Below are positions 1 to 12,230 of a stretch of 64,000 nt of DNA, piece by piece (the stretch's first letter is position 1; the number at the start of each line of letters is the position of its first letter). A program made the position numbers and the translations under genes. The DNA is taken from assembly GCF_018350175.1 (NCBI RefSeq), contig NC_058368.1:44828001-44892000 (forward strand), read 5' to 3'. Below the pieces are notes generated by a model. It did not search any database, was not told the origin of the DNA, and saw only the letters and a list, made by a program, of their open reading frames with translations. Source of the DNA: Felis catus (Eukaryota).

Positions 1-299
1 ATATTAGGTCAAAATAATATAAGTAAATCTATTCAATTATCATATGCTAGTTATTGATGTAGTTAAAATTATGAGTATTTAATTGTAGTAAAATATTTTA
101 TTAATGTTCAAATAACTTTAACATAAACTTTAACATTGTTTACTTCATCAGCAGCTACTCCCAATGTAGTAGTACACTATATACATGGTACACTATTATG
201 GTTAACTCATAGAAACCACTGTTATGCATGTCTACTGAGTTAAAACTTATGTTTTACCATCTTGCACTTTGTGATCAGAGGTCAGTTAGAATAACTTTC

Positions 300-525
300 T
301 TTTCTTTTATGAGTATTATTTGTTTTCATTTTTAAAAATTTTTAGAAAGAGAGAGAGCGTGCGCACTAGCCAGAGAGAGGGGCAGAAGGAGAGAGAGAAT
401 CTCAAGTAGGCTCCAAGCCCAGTGTTCAGCGGGCTGACGGGGGCTAGATCACACAACCCTGGGATCATGACCTGAGCCAAAATCAAGAGTTGGATGCTAA
501 ACTGACTGAGCCACCCAGGCACCCC
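300..525 (-). mobile_element. Can-SINE, older subfamily
   Basis: Ends in gagccacccaggcacccc (reverse complement of the SINE head), has a GA tract and T-rich tail; degenerate TSD ttagaataac/ttagaagaac. Confidence 0.9.
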
Positions 526-859
526 ACTTAGAAGAACCTCCTAATTGCTTTTTTAAGCATTATATTGGAAAGGTTAATCCTTTGCCAGACCACCACAGAA
601 TCTCTGGCTTGGTTCCAAATCACCAGAGGCTATAGAATTCATTGTCCATCTAAAATGTTACTGCTTAAAAAGATGAATTATTAGGAGACTCAAACTATCA
701 AATAAATGAAAAACTGAAAGGTGAGCCTGAGAATTGGCTACATCCTCTGGCTGAGGCTTATTACATAGATATGAAATTGCAAATGTTTGGTCTAAATTCT
801 GAATTGAAGCAGAAGTTACATGATGCACCACCAGATTGAGTAGGGTCTCCTCAAACTTC

Positions 860-1515
860 ATATCCACTTGAAAGCTCATGTGAGGTTTGGAAATAGGGTC
901 ATTGCAGATGTAAGTAGCTAAAGTTAAAATAAAGCCATACTGGATTAGAGTGGTCCCTAAACCAATTACTGGTATCCTAAAAGACAGAAACAGACATACA
1001 GTGAGAACACCACGTAAAGACAGAGGTGATCCAGAGGGAAGAAGGCCATGTGAGGGTGGAGATAAAAGTCATGCTGTCACTAGCCAAGGAATCCCAAGGA
1101 TTGCTAGGAACCACCAGAATTTGGAAAAGTCAAGGGTGAATTCTCCTCTTGAACTTTCAAGGAGAGTATGGATCTGCTGACATCTTTATTTCAGACTTTT
1201 AGCCTCGAGAGCTATAAGAGAATAAATTTCTGTTTTTTTTTTTCAACGTTTATTTATTTTTGGGACAGAGAGAGACCCAGCATGAATGGGGGAGGGGCAG
1301 AGAGAGAGGGAGACACAGAATCGGAAACAGGCTCCAGGCTCCGAGCCATCAGCCCAGAGCCTGACGCGGGGCTCAAACTCACAGACCACGAGATCGTGAC
1401 CTGGCTGAAGTCGGACGCTTAACCGACTGCGCCACCCAGGCACCCCTAAATTTCTGTTGTTTTAAGCTACTCAGCTTTCAATACTTTGTTAAGGCAGCCG
1501 CAGGAAAATAATAAA
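860..1515 (+). mobile_element. MaLR solo LTR (MLT1C-like), split by a SINE
   Basis: tttggaaatagggtcattgcagatgtaa...agccaaggaa...aataaatttctgtt[SINE]gttttaagctac...ggcagcc: typical MLT1B/C motifs. Confidence 0.8.
1235..1446 (-). mobile_element. Young feline Can-SINE (SINEC_Fc-like)
   Basis: Full length and CpG-rich; perfect TSD taaatttctgtt at 1223-1234 and 1447-1458. Confidence 0.95.
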
Positions 1516-1705
1516 TAAGAGAAAGTAAAAAAAAAATAGTTACATTAAAAACCCTTACATAAACCTAAGAAACTATTCTCAATCTTTTAAATTATAATTT
1601 CTAGGCTCTTTATTTTATAGATTGATGCCTTTAAGAAATATCAGGTTTCCAATTACCTAAAAGATTGTCAGGGTCAGGAAAAAGTGTTCTACTATTAGGA
1701 TCCAG

Positions 1706-1770
1706 ATCTCTCTCTCTTGTTCTCTCTCCCTCTCCCTCTCCCTCTCCCTCTCCCTCTCCCTCTTTCCCTT
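1706..1770. repeat. (CT)n/(CTCCCT)n polypyrimidine microsatellite
   Basis: Directly visible. Confidence 0.9.
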
Positions 1771-2379
1771 TCTACTGCCTCTAGAATTTAAACCTTCTAG
1801 AAGTGCAGGGCGGGGAGACATATCTCTTCCAATTATCAAGGGCTTCTTACATCAGCTACCTTGAAGTTACTACACTGATATACTGGTGTCAAGACTAACC
1901 CTTTCAAGTTAAAACCTTGGCTTTTGATTACATTCCTTGCCTGAATTTTTAATTTTTAATCCCAGTGTCAAAGTTGCTCTCTGAACTCTTTGAATACTAC
2001 GTTAGAGTTCAAAGGGAATAGAGACTCATTAAGAGATAAATAACACCTTGTTATTTTACAGGTGAGAATGTTGAGGCTGGAGGGGCTCATACACAGTCAT
2101 TTCGTTAGTCACAATAGGTCTGGGATTAGGTACTCAGTCTCTTGTCCTATTATATTATCTGGCTATCTATCCTTTGACTAAGTTCTCCTTCTGCTTCTTC
2201 TTTGTTCATCTAGTTTAGATTTCCTGTCTTACTTTGAACTATGCAACACATGTGCACCTTGATTCTTAAATGCTCACCTGAACTTTGTTTCCACCTCTTT
2301 TTGATATAACTGAGTTCCATGATGTGGCATGGTGATTATGGAGAGTCACATATTACTACTGACTTGGAGAGATGGTCAG

Positions 2380-2565
2380 GATTTAGATCCCAACCCTTGC
2401 TATCCACTGGTTGTGTGATTAAAAAGTTGGATTCATTGTGCGTAAATGGGATAAAAATGGTATCCACTGTATAGCATTGTTGTGAGAATTAAGAGTCAGG
2501 ATTAAATTATGTTTACTTCTCTTAGAGAAGTAGCTCATACTTAGTAAGTGTTATATATGCATCAG
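2380..2565 (+). mobile_element. MIR fragment
   Basis: gtaaatgggataaaaatggtatccac...atagcattgttgtgagaattaa resembles the MIR core. Confidence 0.6.
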
Positions 2566-3059
2566 CCATTACCATTCCATATCTGTGCCTACCCTTCACT
2601 TTAGCCTCCTATTGTTAGCTGTATTGTCTACATTCACATTTCTGTATCTTCCCTATTTTCTTTACTGATTATGTAGTCAACAAAATTTTATCGAGTGTTT
2701 TTTTTTTTTCTCTGCCTAGTATATTCGCAATGCTAAAGAATACTAAGACTAAAAAATAAAAGTTCTGGCTCCTAAAGAACGTACTTTTTAATGAGAAGGA
2801 AAATATGATATTATAAGATACTTTATGACGAGAGAGAAAAAATGGAGAATTTAATGGAGTCAAAATTATAAGAATACAAGCGAAGTAAATGAGGTCAAGG
2901 AGGAGTGTGAGTTAGGAAATATACACACCTTTCCTCTCTGGAATAGCAATTCCCAAGACAAGGAAATATTTCTCATGGAATCACAGATTCACAGAGCACC
3001 AAAGACATGTTGCTGTCATGTGATCTAATTCTCATATCATTATCGAGCATGGAGAATTA

Positions 3060-3264
3060 TATTTTAAAAAAATAATGCTTATTTTTGAGAAAGACAGAAT
3101 ATAAGCAGAAGAGGGGCAGAGAGAGAGGGAGACACAGAATCTGAAGTAGGCTCTAGGCTCCAAGCTGTCAGCACAAAGCCTGACATAGGGCTCAACACCA
3201 TGAGTGAGATCATGACCTGAGCTGAAGTTGGACACTTAACCCATTGAGCCACCCAGGTGCCCCC
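3060..3264 (-). mobile_element. Can-SINE
   Basis: SINE head at right end; degenerate TSD agcatggagaatt/agcatcaggaatt. Confidence 0.92.
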
Positions 3265-3456
3265 AGCATCAGGAATTCCTATGACCTCAGATAATCTCAA
3301 ATTGGAAACAACCTTTGAAGCTACTTAGTTTAATGTATAGTCTATGTACTTTTCTGTGCACTGTCCACCGAGTGAGGATTTTCAATGATTGGAAACACAT
3401 TACCCTATAAGAAAGCCCATATCATTGCTGAATAGCTCTGGCAGAAAATTGCCCTC

Positions 3457-3704
3457 ATTTAAACATTTTTTTTTTTGTTAATGTTAATTTGTTTTTGAGA
3501 GACAGAGAGAGAGAGAGAAGGAGAGAGGGAAAGAGAGCATAAGTTGGGGAGGGGAAGAGAGAGAGGAAGACACAGAATCCAAGGCAGGCTCCAGGCTCTG
3601 AGCAGTCAGCACAGACCCCTACATGGGGCTCAAACCCATGAACCACGAGATCATGACCTAAGCTGAAGTTGGATGCTTAACCAACTGAGTCACCCAGGCG
3701 CCCC
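3457..3704 (-). mobile_element. Can-SINE
   Basis: TSD gaaaattgccctc at 3444-3456 and 3706-3718. Confidence 0.95.
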
Positions 3705-3743
3705 GGAAAATTGCCCTCGTTTTGAAGTAAAAACTGCCTTCTT

Positions 3744-3958
3744 TTTTTTTTTTTTTCAACGTTTATTTATTTTTGGGACAGAGAGAGACAGAGCATGAAC
3801 GGGGGAGGGTCAGAGAGAGAGGGAGACACAGAATTGGAAACAGGCTCCAGGCTCTGAGCCATCAGCCCAGAGCCCGATGCGGGGCTCGAACTCACAGACC
3901 GCGAGATCGTGACCTGGCTGAAGTCGGGCGCTTACCGACTGCGCCACCCAGGCGCCCC
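3744..3958 (-). mobile_element. Young feline Can-SINE (SINEC_Fc-like)
   Basis: Perfect 15-bp TSD aaaaactgccttctt at 3729-3743 and 3959-3973; CpGs retained. Confidence 0.95.
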
Positions 3959-4260
3959 AAAAACTGCCTTCTTATAATATTCTTACATTAATTCCAAGGC
4001 AAATCTATTTTTTAGTCTATTGATCAGCATTTCAAATAGTGAGGATTATATTTTTCTCTCTTATGACTTTTAAAGGCTACAGAACTATCATTGTTTAATC
4101 TTTCTAAGGGATCCTAATCTTCAAAACCAAGAAGCTATGCTAGAGCAGAAGATACCATCTTTGCTGAATTTACTTTGAAATACCTGCATTCTTTTCTTTA
4201 TTCCTTCAGAAATGAGAACAAATAAAACAAATAAAACGAAAATAAAAAATATTCTTACAG

Positions 4261-4464
4261 GGGGTGCCTGGGTGGCTCAGTTGGTTGAGCGTCTGACTTT
4301 GGTTCAGGTCATGATCTCATGACTCGTGGGTTCGGACCCTGCATCTGGCTCTGTGCTGAGCCTGGAGCCTGCTTTGGATTCTGTGTCTCCCTTTCTCTCT
4401 GCTCCTCCCCCACTCACACTCTGTCTCTCTCTCAAAATAAATAAACATTAAAAAATTTAAAAAT
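4261..4464 (+). mobile_element. Can-SINE
   Basis: ggggtgcctgggtggctcag head, CT tract, AATAAA tail; TSD atattcttacag at 4249-4260 and 4465-4476. Confidence 0.95.
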
Positions 4465-4724
4465 ATATTCTTACAGACTCTGTGTTGTTCATTTACATAT
4501 AACTTTTTAAACTTTCCCAAAGACATTTTCCAAATAAAGGCAACATAAATATTAAACAATCATTGCATAAAATCTAATTTCAATCATATATATGTATATG
4601 TATAGGTAGATATATAATTTTTGTTATTCAAATAAAACAAGGAAAAGAAATATTCAAAGAGTTGTCAATGTATATAATCGACAGTGTTTTTCTTACCAAT
4701 TTTGTCAGTGCTTTGGAAATGACT

Positions 4725-4815
4725 GTGGGTGATGGGCATTGAGGAAGACATTTGTTGGGATGAGCACTGGGTGTTGTATGGAAACCAATTTGACAATAAA
4801 TTCTATTCAAAAAAT
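4725..4815 (+). mobile_element. Heavily 5'-truncated feline L1 3' end
   Basis: gtgggtgatgggcattgagg...gatgagcactgggtgttgtatggaaaccaatttgacaataaa matches the cat L1 3' terminus. Confidence 0.85.
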
Positions 4816-7356
4816 TATATATCAAACCCTTCCTTAATAATAGCATTACGCATTAATGTCCACACCTGTATATGGATCCTCTTCTGAGTTTTCTTTAGCT
4901 ACAGATAAACTATCAAGATCCAAATCTGCAAAACTACAGGGAATGGTTGCATTTTCATTATTAATTATTTTCCCTTTATTAAGTGTGGTTACTTAACTGG
5001 TTGTAACTCCCCCCCCCCAAATATTAGAATATCAATGTTAAATAGAAGCCTTTTATAATAATTCTAAAATTGCATCCATTATCAGAAATGATTTCTGATG
5101 GTCATCTTTCAAGATTATTGTATCAGACAAAAGATAGTTTCATTATTTTAAATTCCTTAAAAAATATATGAGTCTATGACTGGAAGTCTTTTCTGAAAAA
5201 ATATTGCTAAAGAGTTAAGATAACTTGGAAATTATAGTGGAAAAAGCGATAATTATTCAACAGGAAGGATTGGAGAACATGCTTTTCTAATACTCTCTAG
5301 TCAAGATTTCTCAGGAAAAGTCACTTAATTATTCTAAGATACCATCTTCTCACCTAGAAAATGGGCTCTGTAAAAACACCTAGCCTATAAACCTTTTCTA
5401 ATTTGCTTTCTAGCACATTGATCTTAGAAGGAAATAATTCCTAAACTTTACAATGTTATACAAATGAAATGCAAGTATCTTCATGGGATTCTTCAACCCT
5501 TGTAATAATTTGGTTTGCTTTTGATACTGGAGATAATTATTCAAACTTAAATATGTGATATATTATCTACTAATATGTAGGAAAAGGGAGAAGGGAGCAT
5601 ATACAAATCACTTATAAACATCACTACCAGGAATAGCCCAGGCAGCTAAACAGTTCTACTTCCTTTTTTTTTTTTTTTTTTTGGTTTAATGGAAAAGTAA
5701 TTGTTCCAAAACATATTAATTACTTTGCAAATTGTGAAACACTGTAATTATGTGTGTATAAATTATTAGAGTAGTAGTATTGATTTTTGTAACTTAATAT
5801 TAGGTACATATACTCCTTGGTAGAGCCCAAACCTATCTTTCCCCCCTCCCTTCGTAAATTGCTTTCCATTAGTATTTGCCAAGTTTCTTTTGGGTGTCTT
5901 ATAGAAATCACTGAGAAAGGTAGCAGATGAAAAAAAAAGAGGAACATGAAAATCTCTGCACAATCTTTATAAGAGGCACATATTTGTGCCAGCCCACGGG
6001 AGAAATGGTAATATTGCCAATTAAATCTGGTGGTAACAGCATACCTATGAATTCAAAGCTGTTTCTTTTCACTGTAGCAAAATGCCCAGAACACCTGATC
6101 ACATAAACTTTTTCTTAAAGGAGTTACAATGCCTCATAAAAACATTAAAATAATGATCCTCTACAACTTTTCTAGAAAAACAGAATTTTAACATAAGATA
6201 GTATTTCTGTCTTCCTTGCAAGGACATCTTGCAGAAAATTGGCTGTACGAATCTACTTTGGTGCATAAAAATGTGTATTTTATCAGGTAGTGCTCATTCT
6301 GTGCTTACAGAAAATTGAAAGAAAGTTTATCCCTTATCTTAACAGAAAACAATTTTTTTCAGGACCGAAAAAGGATTGTTTTGTCAACCTGTATTTATAT
6401 AGTCTTTTGTTCTTATGCGTGTAAACATAAATGATGCATCAGGAAAGACTGTTATATGCATAATCTAAAATAGCCTGACAGTTGGGGTAAAAAGTATGTT
6501 TAGAACAAAACGGAAGAGTGAGTATGGAAGTTGCTTACATAACCACATTGATTAGTTTGCAGTTAAGAACAGCATTAACATTCTGGAACAAAGAATACAT
6601 TACAATTTTGCAATCTTAAGGTTTAAATGGTCTCTACAGAAGCATGTAAAATTTTAATTATAATTGTGCATGCATTTATTGCTTAATAAAAGTATTTAGA
6701 CTATTTCCCTTCTGGGGTGGACTAATTTACTAGCTGCTTTAAACCAATGTTAAAAATTACAGAACAGTATATTATCTTATATTTAACATCTATAAAAAAA
6801 TTTTAAACAACAGACATAATCGTAATCATTGTCAAAAAATCAAGTAAAAATCAAAAGCAAGCTATAAAAATTCTTCCCAAGAAAACTGTAAAATGGAAAT
6901 TAACGAAAGAGAATACTTTATGTAAAACAATTGGAAGAAAGAAGATAATCCCTTTAGTAGTTATGTAAATGTATAATAAATTTTCCTCCAGTTTGCCAAA
7001 TAATAATTTAGTGCATGCCATTAATTTATCTCTCAGCAAATAAAATAGCCATTAGCTACATTACAACATATATGTTTACATACAATGCATTACATATGAA
7101 AGTTGGTGCCAAACTAAGTCCATGGAATATTATTATATTTTATAAATAAAATGTAGTAAAAAGAGACAAGTATTTTACTCTGAAAAGTTAGATGTTCATA
7201 CTTCTCATAGGCTATATACATTGGCATCCCAAAGTTTCTATATGAAGTAACTATTCATTATTTCTAAAACAAAAGCTAAATATACATTTTTACATTTGAT
7301 AAAGCTATTAAATAATCTTTTTTCTGTCTATTTAAAGTAAAAAGAATGATAAACTT

Positions 7357-7950
7357 GTATATTTGTTTACTCTTGCTCCTGTAACAAATAACCACAAATG
7401 TTGCGGCTTAAAGAAACACCCATTTATGACTTTATGATCTCACAATTCTGTAGTCCAGGCAAGGTGTGGCTCTGTTGGTGTGCTATTTCAGATTTCACAA
7501 AGCCAAAATTAAAATGTTGGCAAGGCTCCTTCACTTTCGGTCTTTGAGAGTGAATCTGTTTGAAGCGCATTCATAGAATTCAGTTCTATGTGGTTGTGGG
7601 ACAGAGATCCCCATTGCCTTCTTGGCTGTTGCCTGAAGGTCATTCTCAGCTTCCTGCATTACTGAGCATGTCCCTTCCTCCATCTTTAAATACAGCAAAA
7701 GCAGGCTGAATCCCTACATTTCAAATCTCTCCTGCCTCTCCTTCTGCCTCATGTCTCTTCTTCCTTATTCTGCCACATCTCTGTGACTGACTCTTCTGGC
7801 TTCCTCTTCTACATTTAGGCACTCATGCCATTATGCTTGAATAATCCTAGATAACCACTCTATATTGAACTCAATTAGTTACCTCAATTCCATCTGCAAA
7901 GTATCTTCACAGCAATACCTAGATTAGTATTTGATTAAGTAACCAGGGAA
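7357..7950 (-). mobile_element. MaLR LTR (MLT1E-like)
   Basis: tgtaacaaataaccacaaa...gcttaaa...atctcacaattctgtag...agaattcagttc...gtggttgtgggacagag: antisense MLT1 motifs. Confidence 0.7.
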
Positions 7951-7989
7951 TTTTTACAAAGAGAGGAATCCAACAAAGGGGCTCTAAAA

Positions 7990-10900
7990 AAGTAGGAAAG
8001 CAGCTCCTGGCTATTGCTCATGGTCCTTTGGTGATGGACCCCTCACACACCGAGGTGTATCAGATGGAGCTCTAGGTTAGCCTTCAGCGAGTGCCAGGCA
8101 AAGACAGACTTCTGGAAATTCAGTGGATATTCAGGCTTATGGCTTTAGTGAAAAAGTGTGGACAGCCCTTTCAAATGGCTTCATCTAGCAGCCTCATGAA
8201 AACTTTGAGACTGAGTCTGCTGTCAAAATGAAGGAGGTAATCTTGTTAAACTTAGTGAGGCTAAGTATTCCCAGTGAGCTGTCAGAGACCAGGCCCATGC
8301 ATGATCCAGGAGGTCTCTATACTTGAGTTCCCATTGGGCCAGTGGAGACAGTGGCTTCTCTGCAGCTATGCCTAAGAGGTAGGTGGGCACTCCTGAGACC
8401 AACTCATGAAGACGCAAGATTCTAGCCAGGCCAGGTGTCACCCTGCCCTGTATGTACTATTTCCACTTCACTAGAAGAGACTCATGAGCTTCCTGTATCA
8501 GACAAATTGAGTCCTCTGTTAAGATCTATGACATGATTGGGATTTCTGGTAGTAAAACTACTTCACAACTATGAGTCATTTGCTCACTATCTGCTGAGCT
8601 TCTCTGATGGCTCTTTCCAATTAAGTTCTACTGAGATGGAATGAGGTGTGGCTACCATCCAACCTAAGAGATCTGTCCCTTGAAGATTGTGAGAAAAGAC
8701 CTGTGGCACAATGACCAGAGCTTCATGGGGTACAGATGGCTATCCAGGCCACCACAGCAAATGTGCCATGTTAGTTTTACTGAATCATGGGCTATGGCTA
8801 ATGGTCTGGTTGTATGGTAAGGTCAGTGACAAGCCTCACACTGGCATATAAAACAGGCCTTCTCACCTCTCTGTGGGGACCAGAGATTTAGATACAATTG
8901 TATCTTTTTGTTAACCATGTAGATGCTCACAAGAAAGTTTCTCACATAGAAAAAAGAGAACATAACCAATGGGCAGGCCATATTTGTCATGTAAACATAG
9001 AGAATGAATTATTTTTTTCCCCAGAACAAACAGATGTGCTGGGATCCATGGAGGATATCGCATGGAAATTCAGACAACATCCCAAACTGAGCCTATGGAC
9101 TGCCTCTTCTGTCAAAAGCTGCCAGAACAGCATGGAAAAGATGAATCACCTACCAGACTCTGGCCAAAAGTAATAATTCTACTCAGGGACAGATTCTTTG
9201 AGCCAATGGGCCAGGAAGATCTTTTCAGGAAGAATGTTGGGTCTGTCACCCCATATGGAGGAGGTTCTACTGGATCTTGAATGTAGTGTGAAACTTTCTC
9301 CAGGTTTGGTCTGGTCATTCCTGCCTATACATTCCACTGACTTAGGCCACACTATGTGGGCGCTATAAGATAATATTTATTTCTCATTTGGGTTTCCTAA
9401 ATACATTGCATCTAATACCAGCCCTGAAATTTGCAGCCCAACTTATACCCCAGTAGGCCTAATCACAGGGCATATGATATACTCAAGATGCTGTGTATCA
9501 TTCACAAGCCACAGGGGAGGTTAAGTGTTTTAATGGAAAATAGCAGTAAGGTATAAAGGGCTGATGGGAAGGAACAAGAAAACCCCAGCCTGGACCATGA
9601 ATTTCAGGTGAGTAGTCGGGAGCAATGCAGTAACTATATAAAATAGTACTTCCCATTTGCCCTGCATGTTTGACCAGGCTGTCTGTCCCCTTATTTCAAT
9701 TGTACACCCCATTTTTACAGCTATTGACACCTTGGACTTTACGGGGGACTCTGCAAAAGTCTTCCATCCTCTTTAGCGTCTTTACAAAAATTCAAATAGA
9801 TGGGCAATCAGGATGGCTATTAAAATGCGAGAGATAGAGACAGTAATCTCCTTTTCCATTTTCCCTTCAGGTGTAGAGCTTAAAGTTTTACCTATAGAAA
9901 CCTTGAAAAGAATGGCTATCAACTTGAGATCTCTAGTTCAAACATTGTTCCTTACAGTGGCCCTGCTACTGTGTTCTTGGTAACCCCAAGGGATGGATAT
10001 CAGCATCTAAAATAGATTTGTCTTTTCTTCCTAAGAAGATCTTAGCCAGAAGACTTGGGTTGACTACCTTTAGGCTTGGATCAAATGTGGTATTCCTGAT
10101 CATGGATAGGACAGAGTGTTCATTTTACTGTTGATGTGGAGGATTCCCTCCAGTTTTGAACTGATAGTATATGAGTACCTTCAGCCTGAGTGCTACATAT
10201 TAGAGTGGAAGGGGGGAGGGTCTCAATTCTCTTCTCTTTCTCCTATGGGTACCCCATGTGACTTCCATTTCATTGAATTTACAGAGACACCTGTTCCAGG
10301 CAGTGGCCACTGCTCTGAATTTGAGTGGCTATTGAGTATATGATAACGTCTTGATCCTACAGATAAACATTTGATTGTTGTTTCATTACATACCACAAGT
10401 GGATATTTGTCTATGGATCTTTCTGGTATCTCAAGTGCCACAACCTTATTTATCTTGACTCAAAGCATTGCTGCAAACTGAACTCTGGCAAAGCAGTAGT
10501 GAAATGTATCTCTAAAATTCCACAAATTCCTGTGACAGGTGGGAGTAACCAGAACATCTGAAACAAAGCACACATCCACCATCAAGGCTATTTTTGTTTT
10601 GTTTTTGTTTTTTTCCCTTAACATAGCAGATTTTCCTCCCGATACTCATCCTTACCCTATTGTGTTTTTGCTAACATCTCATGTATATGGATCAATGAAA
10701 CTAATAAAGTAAAAGAGTCAATTACAAAGTCCATAGGGCTTCTGGCTATCTAGAATAGATCCTAATGGATGTGGCACACCTTTTCCTTGGTAATAGTTGG
10801 GAATCATGGCTACATTCACTCTTCCAATCTTCCAATAAGGACACCTTACTGTCCTCCTTGGGGTGATTTTGATTATGCCCCTTGTTGTTTGTTATCTTAG

Positions 10901-11002
10901 ATTAACCAGCTCTGATCACAGCCTCTCAGTTTTGGCTCATTCAAGCCCATGATGGGTAGCCCATGCTTCTTGCTCAGGCTCTCAAGGACCAAGAGATGGA
11001 AT
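7990..11002 (+). mobile_element. Decayed class III (ERV-L-like) provirus internal region: 3' pol (RNase H, integrase) plus env-like remnant
   Basis: Manual translation finds KQLLA (7998), FSDGS (8600), AQ*PELHGV (8706), FTESWAMANGL (8776), FVNHVDAH (~8907), ETFSRFGLVIPA (~9290), FGFPKYIASN (~9388), YHSQATGEVKCFNG (~9496). These are collinear with ERV-L Pol motifs but carry stops and frameshifts. Confidence 0.85.
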
Positions 11003-11568
11003 TGAGGAGTCCAGCTCCAGGAACAAATCCTATATGTGATTTTTCAGGCCCAATCATAGGCAATGGCAAGGCTTTGGCTGGCAGGACTCACAAAGGAAAG
11101 CTTCCCTTCCATACCAGACTTGTTACACAGCTAAGGCAGTACAGTTTCTGAAGAAAGTTGTAGTCAAGACTCACATCCCCAAGGCTGGCCATGCTCATAC
11201 AGGTATCTGCATTCATAGCTTAGGCTCCCCCATTAAGAGGTCTCCTGATCAGGAGACTCAGCTGAGGCACTTCAATCTACCTTGACTCTGTACCTTTGCA
11301 CTCCTAGCCCTTTCCCCTCACTTTCTCCTCTACTCAGTACTCCATAAATTAGCAGGAGTCTTCTGCTAGAGGCATCTTGGCAGTGGAACAGATTCTCTTG
11401 TCTGTGCCAATCCACCTGACCCTTACCCAGTGTCATGCTTTATGGAAAAAAATGTTTTTTGGGGGGAGCAAGCACAAGGTTTTACCTCTTGTTTTCACTG
11501 TCAGAGGATATGAATAAAGGCTCAACTATTCTCAGTTTGGAGTATTCTCCTAACTGAATAATTTGACA
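11003..11568 (+). mobile_element. 3' LTR of the preceding provirus (MER54/MER74-like ERVL LTR, family tentative)
   Basis: Purine-rich PPT-like aagagatggaa immediately before TG at 11003; TATA-like cataaa ~11344; AATAAA ~11513; candidate CA end at 11568. Confidence 0.65.
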
Positions 11569-11888
11569 TCTGGTTGCTTGATATATATAGGTTTGCCACC
11601 AATCCAATATTTTTTTAGTTAGTATTTAGTATCTTTATTGTGTTTTGATTCCCTCTAGCTTCCATGTATTAGGACACTAGCCATAAATACAACTCTTAAT
11701 TCTGTGACTACTCTTATAATAGGTCTTATAATAGCATCCCAAGGCAGGGGGGAAGGGAAGTGAGGGGTAAGAGGTCTGGTAGGAGTGGGATCAGGCAAGG
11801 CATTATGGTAGTGGTAAGTTCTCCTCATATGATTCCCCATGATTCCATTTGCTGTTACTCGACAAAGACTGACTTAAAATGTCTTGTT

Positions 11889-11893
<5 letters not shown>

Positions 11894-11932
<39 letters not shown>

Positions 11933-11966
11933 TGCATATAATATTATATATATTATATATATATAA
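11894..11966. repeat. (AT)n microsatellite with imperfect tail
   Basis: Directly visible. Confidence 0.95.
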
Positions 11967-12001
11967 ATAATACAATTTATATAAAAAGTTATATAGTGTT
12001 T

Positions 12002-12230
12002 GGGGTTCTTGGGTGGCTCAGTCAGTTAATCGTTAGATTCTTGATTTTGTCTCAGGTCATGATCTCAAGATGGTTCGTGAGTTAGAGTGCCTCTTCCGGC
12101 TCTGTGCTGACAGCACAGAGACTTCTCAGGATTCTTTATCCATCTCTCTCTCTGCTACTCCCCTGCTTGTGCACATGCTCTCTCTCTCTCTCTCTCTCTA
12201 TCACTCTCTCTCAAAAATAATAAACATTAC
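12002..12230 (+). mobile_element. Can-SINE, diverged
   Basis: Head ggggttcttgggtggctcag; TSD core aaaagttatatagt at 11984-11997 and 12231-12244. Confidence 0.92.

Noticed and set aside
1168..1443. Recurrent ORFs such as GAWVAQSV... and GGGAEREGDTESE...
   Set aside because: They are translations of Can-SINE sequence, not genes.
5664..6200. Processed pseudogene or 3'UTR retrocopy behind T19
   Set aside because: ATTAAA lies only 2 nt from the run, no TSD was found, and there is no recognisable coding sequence.
8898..9280. Functional or domesticated retroviral gene
   Set aside because: Short open stretches lie within a pol with many stops and frameshifts and altered catalytic motifs.
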